IMG/VR virus record: IMGVR_UViG_3300044712_000991
Coordinates: 1-64,000 of that record
DNA: 64,000 nucleotides
Source of the DNA: a virus
Direction: 5' to 3' (one strand)
Position 1 is the stretch's first letter. Each line of letters starts with the position of its first letter. The notes beneath the pieces were generated by a model. The model worked only from the letters and a program-made list of their open reading frames with translations, did not search any database and had not been told where the DNA came from. Shown one piece after another: positions 9,601 through 17,305 of the stretch. Position numbers and translations under genes: made by a program.

Positions 9601-11331
9601 TCCGAACTTCAGGCTCGCAAGAACATTCTTTCGCTGAAGATACTCTCGGATGATCCTCCCAGCCGCACGCGCACTCAGTTCATCCTCTGGGGAGCGCACA
9701 ACATTCGAGTGCCCAAACATCGCGGGCGTCATGGCCACGATGTCCTTGATGCGAGTAGGCTCCTGCCTGACTTTACGCATCACAAAGTTCTTGGGTATAC
9801 CAGAGTTCGACTTGAGAGAAAACTTCGACCCCTCGTCGGAGATACCCACAACATCCGTGAAGTCTGCGCCCGCGAGTACGTTCTTCTCAAATGTGGTGCC
9901 CACGAGACTCACGCCCGTCATATTCGCGTTCGCAAAGTTACAGTTCCTCACCGTCTGTCCAGTGAACTTTGCACCCGCAAGATTGGCTCCCGAGAAGTTG
10001 ACCCCCACAATGCTCACCCGAGCACTGAACCCGAGGTTCAACCCCTGAAGATTCTTGTTACTGTAGTCCGCCCCCTCCGCAAACAACATCTCCACCACCG
10101 CCTTCAGCAGATGATTGTCCTCAGTATTAACAAACGTGTTGAACGGTTCGACATTGCCGGCCTTCAGCGTACCATCCAAAGCGGGTGCGATGGTCTCCTT
10201 GGGCGTGTGGGGCAAAAACACGAGCGAACTTGGTGGTATGGCGCTCATCATCACCTGCTCAACGCCGAGTGCTATAGAGTCCGAGTCCCCCACCGTAGCG
10301 GGATACGCAGCACCCACGACATCCGCCACGATATCATCGATCTCACCCTTGGACAACACATGCCCTGGGCGAATGTTGAGCGCTGAGAACGCCCTCTGAA
10401 GTCTCTGTGGCGTGGCTTTACTCTGAAACGTTGTCAGGTATGTGCGCCCCGTGCGAATGTCCTTGATAGAAGGCAACTGTCGTGTGAGAGGTGCCGCGTG
10501 CATAACCATGAACCCAATCTCGTGAGCAAACGCTGCTTCGAGAGAGGTTTGGGGCGGGATGACATCCGATTTCCAGTACGCCTTCATCTTGTCAGGATTG
10601 AAGAACTGCGGGGATGTGATAGGTCCACCCTTGAAGTACTTCCGCGTGTCATTGAAGAACGACCGAAGTTTCGCTGGATCGCTCTCCATACGCTCGTAGA
10701 ACACCTTGTACTCTGGGTGCCGCTGTTTGAAGAACTGGTACATCTCGTTCAGATACTGAAACTGCTCCTCCGACATATCTTCTTTGGTCAGCACGCTCGT
10801 CCGTTCGTTCTTTGCGAACTCCGCCCGTTCTGCCATGTTCTGCGCCGCAGACTTTGCATATGTGGACAGCGCATACTTCTTCCCGTTGGCAGACTGCACA
10901 ATCGCTCCCTGCTCTACAAGTTTCGCAAAGGCCTGCTTGGCTGGTCCGGTGGTGAGCATCTTCTCCACATTCGTCGCCAACACCTGCCCACCCGCCTCCA
11001 CGAACGCCCCGAGAATCCTCTGGTATAGCGGTTGCGTGGGTAACGACAGGTTGTAGTCTGGTGCACCCGTTTGCTCCACATGTTGTGCAATACCAAGACC
11101 GTAGCGCGTCAGGTTGTAATGATCTGGCTGTTCCTGGTAAATCACACCCTCCTGGAACAACTGCACGAGCGCTGCCTTGACATCCCTGGGCGTGAGCCCC
11201 GTGCTCTCCACCAAGTCCTGCACATTCTGAGACATGGGAGCCGTATGAATGGTCATCAAGACCTTGTGTAGGGGATCAGAGGCATTGAATTGCAATGCAC
11301 TGGTCTTCACGGATGAAAATGATATGTTCAT
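6676..11331 (-). CDS. 1551-aa multidomain (polyvalent) probable virion-internal protein: wHTH-like x2, pentapeptide repeats, ExQSD domain, acidic helical region, GNAT-like domain
   Basis: wHTH-like segments (TGLTPRDVKAALVQLFQEGVI...YNLT; AKLVEQGAI...KYALS), pentapeptide repeats, WYISEMQSDAYQ and VFIEKPFRGRVGSRLL. Lies in the head-gene operon. Confidence 0.7.
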   Translation of the reverse strand: MNISFSSVKTSALQFNASDPLHKVLMTIHTAPMSQNVQDLVESTGLTPRDVKAALVQLFQEGVIYQEQPDHYNLTRYGLGIAQHVEQTGAPDYNLSLPTQPLYQRILGAFVEAGGQVLATNVEKMLTTGPAKQAFAKLVEQGAIVQSANGKKYALSTYAKSAAQNMAERAEFAKNERTSVLTKEDMSEEQFQYLNEMYQFFKQRHPEYKVFYERMESDPAKLRSFFNDTRKYFKGGPITSPQFFNPDKMKAYWKSDVIPPQTSLEAAFAHEIGFMVMHAAPLTRQLPSIKDIRTGRTYLTTFQSKATPQRLQRAFSALNIRPGHVLSKGEIDDIVADVVGAAYPATVGDSDSIALGVEQVMMSAIPPSSLVFLPHTPKETIAPALDGTLKAGNVEPFNTFVNTEDNHLLKAVVEMLFAEGADYSNKNLQGLNLGFSARVSIVGVNFSGANLAGAKFTGQTVRNCNFANANMTGVSLVGTTFEKNVLAGADFTDVVGISDEGSKFSLKSNSGIPKNFVMRKVRQEPTRIKDIVAMTPAMFGHSNVVRSPEDELSARAAGRIIREYLQRKNVLASLKFGASPSQTPQGVTDEQVQQLQAWVANEAEVPQFLASAGPAIPDPMQWFAKMNKAKAFTGKLSTADIQTLFGRFRGLTGKTVQHGEGDARQQKTPPPAKPTVESLVAKYQTTYGDAPPTVESLKSLGLDPEGGYAELMGLLGEQVSDKELFNVYHQLVGALNNFHLNSAVAPIRPYSSVPVSSYMSNLVNTKNHVAGAGVQFGIAITPDYGKMPAKVVGPTKTAIDTGGTHLADSIAFSRITPLSYETNDPATGTVVSKYVWYISEMQSDAYQKGNDHLSAEQTAIFRQYYRHWPENLLNTILEQAARAGVDEVWMPPHEEVEIKTRGFSSIEQPGKQANWSMAYDRPAKVFGGQRKNVGVSITLDPKSNYDRKASEFYVIPVKKQAGNEGKTGGLLGALMPFLKFATITPDGFKNMKHHVEWVIEHNRADERFAPYEAYVTDEQLAQFAYDSFFAEYHVDRTPEHEQELKTFLGEEYGYTIASPQFDWLHWIKKAEDDIKYYIHGNTQIQGGSVGKEELGRDWYQDWVINTLPPAIKGSPMKDQFLASVRRMLIDRGYGDVTLTGYVPPSADEDRYQQIVNPPDTGEGMGIGPDGGELPEEPPQGDLAETEKPAEPTIQFAPPGEHEQRGLVQEEIDRLLDKMKNAQTPEEKERIRRRLHEISTLATLRFETLVALANGSLLIEPVQVEDRQHVLSLRADVFSAVSSQAPPAEYYDRIVDWDLCRKVTTADGRTVGAYLLGRRDMPSVIASIPGVQVFEDLSKYAGKKGVEGVSVFIEKPFRGRVGSRLLDVPYGIPDVDYIWGLAHKRLGNIENWKQRRRVIAESDQMYVTVVDLPKTLRFAAVDQEFTQGTPPGLGQRNDWFQYEPAHGEAAPVGGGPGGGGSPTDTSNSDMKGGFYTDLNLPDPHKKDKQMVSFEPSNHVNLQTSIATFDFTRFKTSALKGIRSASEFKNMSDSEITAKLQAEWEWAQRMGIV
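9845..10075 (-). repeat. Pentapeptide repeat array (A-[DN]-[LF]-x-x type)
   Basis: ADYSNKNLQGLNL...VNFSGANLAGAKFTGQTVRNCNFANANMTGVSLVGTTFEKNVLAGADFTD. Confidence 0.85.
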
Positions 11332-11338
11332 AGAGCTC

Positions 11339-11788
11339 CTACGTAAAGATTCGCTTGAGGATGAATACTTGCGAGGCTACCGCAGACAACGGCTGTCCAT
11401 GTGGTGCTCGCGCCGCGACCACAGAGTACTGCGAGGCGGTCAAGAGTTCTTGAACATACTCGTACACATCTCTCTTGACATTTGGGGAGGAAGCAGCTAT
11501 CATCTGGCGCACTTCTTGGAGACCGTGCGCCGTTGGTTGCTCACATAGTTGGGCAATCTTGTAGCAGAGTATACTAAGGGGAATGGACGAATAACGGTTG
11601 GACACATCCGAGTCATGACCCTTCTCATTGTTGACTTCCGTCCTATCCGTAAGCGGATCACCGCGTTTGGGATTCGTCCGGCGAACTTCCTTGTCCGTGA
11701 ACGGCTGTTGAAAGTTCATGTCCTCGGGAGCCCTCTCTTGGGGGAGAGGGTCGAAGTATGTGGTGTTTGCCTGTATTCGGATGCCCAT
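11339..11788 (-). CDS. Hypothetical protein (probable virion-associated)
   Basis: Start refined to MGIRIQANT at 11788 (RBS CACGAGG). First gene after a CTACCTAT motif. Confidence 0.65.
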   Translation of the reverse strand: MGIRIQANTTYFDPLPQERAPEDMNFQQPFTDKEVRRTNPKRGDPLTDRTEVNNEKGHDSDVSNRYSSIPLSILCYKIAQLCEQPTAHGLQEVRQMIAASSPNVKRDVYEYVQELLTASQYSVVAARAPHGQPLSAVASQVFILKRIFT

Positions 11789-11837
11789 AGTTTCCTCGTG
11801 ACCTACACAAAAGATAGTGCAAATACTGCGGTTTTGT

Positions 11838-11845
11838 ATAGGTAG
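11838..11845 (-). promoter_or_regulatory. Candidate late-promoter motif CTACCTAT (copy 2)
   Basis: Plus strand ATAGGTAG in the intergenic gap upstream of the operon that runs to the portal and protease. Confidence 0.5.
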
Positions 11846-11855
11846 AGGACAAAAA

Positions 11856-12155
11856 CTACGGTGCGATGGGCTCAGCAGGGGGATTTTCCCCCGCAATTAC
11901 ATCGGAAAGGCGTTCCGCAAAGGTGGTGAACGCCGAGCGTTTGATAAAAAATGTCTGTGTGATCTGTAGCCCCACCTTCGCATCCTTCTCCTCCAAATAA
12001 GGAGGTCTAACTTTCGCGGCCTGAATGACAAGGACTTCATCACCATCCGCGAAGGCCGACAAGGTCTCCACACAGCGAGCCTCCTGTTCGGTAAGTACAA
12101 TAAGTGGGGCATCAGAAGAAGAGGTCACAAGTTGCTGCGTCTGCTGAAATTGCAT
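11856..12155 (-). CDS. Hypothetical protein
   Basis: 99-aa ORF with RBS GAGGA, co-oriented with its neighbours. Confidence 0.6.
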   Translation of the reverse strand: MQFQQTQQLVTSSSDAPLIVLTEQEARCVETLSAFADGDEVLVIQAAKVRPPYLEEKDAKVGLQITQTFFIKRSAFTTFAERLSDVIAGENPPAEPIAP

Positions 12156-12162
12156 GCTATCC

Positions 12163-12960
12163 TCAAAAAAGTGAGTAGTACACCCCTACTTGAATTCGAT
12201 CATACCACGGTTGGGACTCGATGAGCATCCTGTTGAACATCTGGTAATTGAAAATCACGAGCCAGTCCTTGAAGCGCAACGCAATCCCAGGAGCCACATA
12301 GTTGCGACTCACATGTCCGCCCGCATAAAACCAACCCACCGGGGTCACCGTTGGGGCTTCCATACGATACAGCACGGGGTACGCGAGACTGTCCAAGGTG
12401 GTGTATCCGATGAGGGTCACCCCGGGTGTATGGGACTCTGTGCGAATCTGGAACAACTGTAGTTCCTTGTTGAACAACAGTTCGGATCGAATATCGAGGG
12501 TGTCCACTACAATCGTCAACCCCCATCTGGCGGTCGAGAGGGGCGTGATATACGCCCGAGTGAACCCCTTGTAGTGTACAGCATCCTGCTGTCCTTGGAA
12601 CTTGACCTCCCGATAAGTACCTATCGTGTCCTGTCCATCCACAAGTACTGTAGTCCCGCCCGTATCCACGGTCACAATCAACACCTCGTACTTGCTGAAG
12701 AGTACCCGATACTCCGATTTCAATTGCGTGAGCGATTGGTTGAGGTTCGCCACACGCAGGGCCATCACCTGTACGGAGTCCAAGGTCTTCGAAAGACTAT
12801 CGCGAAGCGCGGCTTCATTTTGCTGAGTCCGCGCAGAAGACAATTCCATCTCCTCGCGCAATCGCTGATTCGTTTGCCACTGGAAGTATCCCCACGCTCC
12901 CACGGCGATTACCGCGAGGATCAACCAGAAATACACGCTCTGAAGCAGTTTGCTGAACAT
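12163..12960 (-). CDS. Spanin-like envelope protein: N-terminal TM, coiled coil, beta-rich C-terminus ending in Phe
   Basis: TM segment VYFWLILAVIAVGAWGYFQW, then a heptad-rich segment. Ends IQVGVYYSLF. Start 12960 with RBS AAGAGG. Directly downstream of the SLT gene. Confidence 0.55.
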   Translation of the reverse strand: MFSKLLQSVYFWLILAVIAVGAWGYFQWQTNQRLREEMELSSARTQQNEAALRDSLSKTLDSVQVMALRVANLNQSLTQLKSEYRVLFSKYEVLIVTVDTGGTTVLVDGQDTIGTYREVKFQGQQDAVHYKGFTRAYITPLSTARWGLTIVVDTLDIRSELLFNKELQLFQIRTESHTPGVTLIGYTTLDSLAYPVLYRMEAPTVTPVGWFYAGGHVSRNYVAPGIALRFKDWLVIFNYQMFNRMLIESQPWYDRIQVGVYYSLF

Positions 12961-13717
12961 ATGGCACCTCTTGTGTTGTCGAACTGCCAATCACGGGGTT
13001 CGCCGTATGCGCAACAGCCACGAGCATCTCCTGCGCCACGCGCTTCATCCACTGATGTCCCGCCGTTTCCTTGATTTTTACGAGCATCCGCACCCTGTAC
13101 GCTTCATCGTATGCTCCGTAATACCTACGTACGAACTCGCGAAACACAGCCGTATCCGACAGAACCTTGTTCTTCACTGCGTACTCCCGAGCCACATCAC
13201 GCATCATCCCCTTGATGATGAATGCCGAGGCCATGATATTCACGGAAGGAATAGCGAGTTCCATCCTCGATGTTGCTATACCCTCAGCAATAAGGCGATC
13301 TCCATGATACTCCCAAACTATACCCGTGAGCCCGATAGCGCGTGTCGTACGTCCCTTGACAGTGATCTGAGGATGAACCGCCGTAGGATCATACGAGGAC
13401 TCGTTGGAGCACACTGCATGCAACAGCAGGTGGGGCACCCCATACCTAGCAGCCCCCGAATCGATGTCCTGGACATACTCTTCTTGTTGCCTCGCACTGA
13501 GTCCAATGCGTTCTCCAATAGCAACGATGTCCATGCGTATGATTTCACGGTCGAGCTCTCTGCGACGATTGGCGAGTTGCTGCGCGACTGTGATGGAATC
13601 AGCCTGGGTGCCCGTGCCATTTGTCTGTCGTTCCCAATACATTCCAATGGGAATACCCACCCAGAAGCACGTCACACACACCGCTATGAACGCAACCCAT
13701 TGTCTGCTGTTAACCAT
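12815..13717 (-). CDS. Lytic transglycosylase (SLT-like) with N-terminal signal-anchor; probable endolysin
   Basis: AARYGVPHLLLHAVCSNESSYDPTAV (catalytic E-S), AIGLTGI, NIMASA and RRYYG. N-terminal hydrophobic segment. Confidence 0.7.
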   Translation of the reverse strand: MVNSRQWVAFIAVCVTCFWVGIPIGMYWERQTNGTGTQADSITVAQQLANRRRELDREIIRMDIVAIGERIGLSARQQEEYVQDIDSGAARYGVPHLLLHAVCSNESSYDPTAVHPQITVKGRTTRAIGLTGIVWEYHGDRLIAEGIATSRMELAIPSVNIMASAFIIKGMMRDVAREYAVKNKVLSDTAVFREFVRRYYGAYDEAYRVRMLVKIKETAGHQWMKRVAQEMLVAVAHTANPVIGSSTTQEVPYVQQTASERVFLVDPRGNRRGSVGILPVANESAIARGDGIVFCADSAK

Positions 13718-13732
13718 CCGTCCTCCTGATAA

Positions 13733-14182
13733 TTACTCGACGTACTGCGGTGGATTAGGTTGAGGCTGCGCCCACCCGACAGGTATGATGTCGATGGTAT
13801 ACACATCACCTGTCTCTTTGAACAAGCGATGTCCCAGTGCATCCCTTGGTACAAGAACGACAATCTTCTGCCACACACTCTCATCGAACTTGAACAACGA
13901 ATCGTAGTTGTCCCACAAAAGCACCTTGCGGGGATGAAAGTCCTGCACATCGGGCGTGATGTCCTGCTTCTGCACATCGAACTCTTTGGGGACCACCGAA
14001 AATAGTTTCCCGTGGTACAAATCCGCCTGTACCTGTCGCTTGGACATCACAAGGTCGCTCATGTCCATGGTCGTCGGCAGTTCTACAGGGCTCTCCACAT
14101 GCTCCACAGACTGAACTGGGACTTGTTTCTCCAGATCACTGTGGCCTTCGTGCGAGGCGAACGTCAGAGGTTGCTCACTCAT
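13733..14182 (-). CDS. Hypothetical protein
   Basis: 149-aa ORF coupled by an ATGA overlap. Confidence 0.6.
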   Translation of the reverse strand: MSEQPLTFASHEGHSDLEKQVPVQSVEHVESPVELPTTMDMSDLVMSKRQVQADLYHGKLFSVVPKEFDVQKQDITPDVQDFHPRKVLLWDNYDSLFKFDESVWQKIVVLVPRDALGHRLFKETGDVYTIDIIPVGWAQPQPNPPQYVE

Positions 14183-14961
14183 GGTTGATCCTTTCCATTA
14201 TCGACTTTCGTACGATAAGTCTCAGGGTTTTCATACACCGAGACCACCTCTTCGAGATGGAATGTACCTGTACCCGGTTGTTCACCGAGAGCATCGATTA
14301 CCACCTCGGGTCCAGACTCAACGAGAAGTAGATTCTCCCTGTCGTGACCCCGCGTAATGCCCTGCTCCTCAATAACGAGAGTCATCGCGCCCACTTTGAA
14401 CACCTCACCAAACAACGCGGCGAATGCCGCAGACTTCACTTGAACAAGATACTTATCTTTGATGAGGGGATACTGCTCTTTCGCCACGTCCGGCTTATGC
14501 ACAACCTTGAGTTCCAACGCCCGCCGTACCTCGCTCAGTTCGTGGAGTTGTTCGGGGTTCAGAGAAAACCGTTGCCCCACCTTAACTGGTGCCGCATCTT
14601 CGGTGAGAATACCCTTCTGCGATGGAGAGTTCACGGTCTGCGGTTTCATCCCCATCACGGAAGAAGAGAACGTCGAGCGACCCTCCGCTTTCGTGGGGGG
14701 TTCCACGACCACTCGCGGAGCACTACCCACAACCGCAGGACCACGCGCTACTGATGCGGATTCGGTGGTAATGGGCGGCAAGTTCCCAGGAGCCTCGGTC
14801 AAGATGCTCTCCAAGAGTTGCTCCTCCGTCAGACCATCATGATACTCGTTGGTCGCCGTACTGATACGCACGGTGAACTTATCTGCACCCACCGAGGTGA
14901 TGATGTCAGTTGCATTCTCAATTACGAGTTGCTGTTCATCGATGATGATAACACCCTTCAT
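14179..14961 (-). CDS. Hypothetical protein
   Basis: 260-aa ORF with RBS CGAGG. Confidence 0.65.
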   Translation of the reverse strand: MKGVIIIDEQQLVIENATDIITSVGADKFTVRISTATNEYHDGLTEEQLLESILTEAPGNLPPITTESASVARGPAVVGSAPRVVVEPPTKAEGRSTFSSSVMGMKPQTVNSPSQKGILTEDAAPVKVGQRFSLNPEQLHELSEVRRALELKVVHKPDVAKEQYPLIKDKYLVQVKSAAFAALFGEVFKVGAMTLVIEEQGITRGHDRENLLLVESGPEVVIDALGEQPGTGTFHLEEVVSVYENPETYRTKVDNGKDQP

Positions 14962-14979
14962 AACGACCTCGGTATAGTG

Positions 14980-15336
14980 TTAGATAGTCTGTCCAGGATC
15001 GGCTTGCGCCTGCTGCATGCCTGCTGCGACGTTCATCATCGGTTCGGGCATGATCTCCCCGTTGATTTTCAACGGAAATCCCCCAGCCGACATGTAATCG
15101 AACGGCATTTGAAGCACTTGCAGGCTGAGCACCTGGTTCATGTAAAACCTACGAATGTGGTCGTTCAGGGAGGTATCCCACAACCACATAAACCCCGTAT
15201 CGGAGTTGATTTCGACCACCCCACCCGCATGGGTGACCATGGCCTTATCGCCCGAGACCTTCTGGTATGTAATGGACACCTGCAACCGCGCTGTCGCGGC
15301 TTCCATAAGCGCTTGAACATCGGTACTAGATAGCAT
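14980..15336 (-). CDS. Stand-alone WYL-like domain protein
   Basis: ATARLQVSITYQKVSG...VVEI...WLWDTSLNDHIRRFYMNQVLSLQVL follows the WYL pattern (A..r..v.i.Y...g...W...d...R.F...RI..l). Confidence 0.6.
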   Translation of the reverse strand: MLSSTDVQALMEAATARLQVSITYQKVSGDKAMVTHAGGVVEINSDTGFMWLWDTSLNDHIRRFYMNQVLSLQVLQMPFDYMSAGGFPLKINGEIMPEPMMNVAAGMQQAQADPGQTI

Positions 15337-15347
15337 AGCGCACCTCC

Positions 15348-15376
15348 AATATACGTAATTGATTGTTCAAAGTCAA
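15348..15376 (-). promoter_or_regulatory. Sigma70-type promoter TTGACT-17-TATATT
   Basis: Minus strand TTGACT ttgaacaatcaattacg TATATT. The -35 overlaps the TerL stop codon. Confidence 0.75.
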
Positions 15377-17304
15377 GTCCTATGCCCTCGAATCCTATCC
15401 ATGGGCACCCCCGACCGAGTACCTCCCGTACCACCAAATGTGGCCATCCTCGTGCCCCTGTACGCAATGTTACCCCCCTTTACGGGTGTCACCTGTTTGG
15501 GGCGGGTGGTCGGGGCAAGATTCTTCTTCACGCGATCCTCCAAACTCTTGCGAGTCGGAGACATCAAGAGAGACAGGCGGTACACGAGATTCGCCACCAC
15601 ATCCGCAAAGTCGTCATGCTGACACGGGCCACTCGTGGGGTGCGCATAGAAGGTCTTTCCCCCCGAGGTATACCGCTGAAGATACTTCAGTTCTGTGCGC
15701 CAGCGCTCGATGTACCCCGTGGTATCCTCACCGTACATGTGCACCCGCCCAGTCTGGGCGAGTTCGAGGAAGTTGCCGTACATCTCCCCCTTGTACTCAT
15801 TTGTGAAGAACGTCTCTAGCGCGGAGAACCCATGCTTCTGCAAGGTCGAAATGCTCTCAGCGGAGTTCCACTGATCATACACTATCTCAAGGACATAGTT
15901 GCGACCGAGATCGTTCACAAGACTCGTGATGAAATCGATGACCTTCGTAGAATCCACAGGCACCCGATTGTACTTGCCATTGCCTATGGGAACCACTTGG
16001 GCATCCCACCCGTGCATACCATCGACCCAGAAATCGTTCTTACCTATCTCGTAGTGTCCCCACGCTACGGCGTACGTATCGGCCACCTTCTTCTTGGCCT
16101 GTCCACCTGGATCGACCGAGATGACGTACCTAAAGTCCATCTTGTCCGAGTACCGAAGCATCTGTACGGCAGGTATCGGGATGGCGTTGATAACCGCCTC
16201 GGATATGAAGTTCCCCGCCACATTCGCAAAGTGAGCCCCGTACTCCATGTTACTTCCGTAGGGGTCTTTTCGGAACTCCGAATCCAAGTCCTCTCTAGTG
16301 ATAACAGGACTACACTGCCATGTAGACAACTGCATGACCACCAAGTGCGATGGTCGTGCGGCCTCCTCCGGCTTATCCTGCTCTATACCACCCCCCTCGG
16401 AATACAACTGATAGAACTGTCCGCCCTTCTCCCGTGGAGAAGATTCATACAGCACATGCCCATCCTGTTTGAAGTCCTTCACCGAGGGAGACAGCGCCTT
16501 CCACATGGCGTAGTCCGTCTGTTGTGTCTCCTCCCCCAAGAGATTATCCTTCAACGAACTATCAAACTTCGGACGATCGAAGTGCGCAAACTCCGAGAAG
16601 ATAAGAAGCTTGATGGCCTTCCCGCGTTTAGTACTCGCCTTGGTCGTTATGGACTGAATGATAATGGAGCCCTCTAAGGGGAGTTCATGCTCTACTCCCC
16701 GAGGCACCTTCTTGTTTCTCTCCGCAATAATAGCGTTCTGCTCGACATCGTACGGAGTGAAAATACGCATTTCACTCTCGTTGTACTTTGTCCAGTCGAA
16801 GTAGGGCTTGAAGAACTCACACTTCCTGAGTCTGTCCTTCGTAAACTGAAACATGTCTCCTGCCTGCTCACCGCTAACGGCGACGTGTAGAAGACTGATA
16901 GGATGGCGGTCGAGCATACCGTAGTACGCTTGGGGGTCGTACTTACAGATAAGCGAGTACGCCTCATACGCAGCCAGGAAGGACATCAGCGAAGACTTTC
17001 CCGACCGCCTACCATCCACAAGAACCATCTCCCGCACAACCTGCGGGGTGGTGTAGTTGATATCCAACTTCCACTCATCCCGTAGAGTTCTCAGGATATC
17101 CTCCTCCTCGGGAGTGGGAGGGTAATACTGCCAGAGATTGTAGAACGTCTTTATCTGAACACTCTGCCACGGACGAGGGTCAATGCTAAGAAACTGTGGG
17201 CTCGTGATGAACTCAAGAGCGTCCACTTCCGGCATCTGCTTGCTCGCGGGAGGAGCGTTCGGAAATGCTTCCTGCATGTACACATCATATGGGGTGAGGG
17301 ACAT
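15373..17304 (-). CDS. terL: Terminase large subunit
   Basis: Walker A GRRSGKS, Walker B-like LLIFSE and coupling motif ESSP. RNase-H-like nuclease acidic residues in ISVDPG, VYDQWN and HDDFAD. Confidence 0.85.
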   Translation of the reverse strand: MSLTPYDVYMQEAFPNAPPASKQMPEVDALEFITSPQFLSIDPRPWQSVQIKTFYNLWQYYPPTPEEEDILRTLRDEWKLDINYTTPQVVREMVLVDGRRSGKSSLMSFLAAYEAYSLICKYDPQAYYGMLDRHPISLLHVAVSGEQAGDMFQFTKDRLRKCEFFKPYFDWTKYNESEMRIFTPYDVEQNAIIAERNKKVPRGVEHELPLEGSIIIQSITTKASTKRGKAIKLLIFSEFAHFDRPKFDSSLKDNLLGEETQQTDYAMWKALSPSVKDFKQDGHVLYESSPREKGGQFYQLYSEGGGIEQDKPEEAARPSHLVVMQLSTWQCSPVITREDLDSEFRKDPYGSNMEYGAHFANVAGNFISEAVINAIPIPAVQMLRYSDKMDFRYVISVDPGGQAKKKVADTYAVAWGHYEIGKNDFWVDGMHGWDAQVVPIGNGKYNRVPVDSTKVIDFITSLVNDLGRNYVLEIVYDQWNSAESISTLQKHGFSALETFFTNEYKGEMYGNFLELAQTGRVHMYGEDTTGYIERWRTELKYLQRYTSGGKTFYAHPTSGPCQHDDFADVVANLVYRLSLLMSPTRKSLEDRVKKNLAPTTRPKQVTPVKGGNIAYRGTRMATFGGTGGTRSGVPMDRIRGHRT

Positions 17305-17305
17305 G

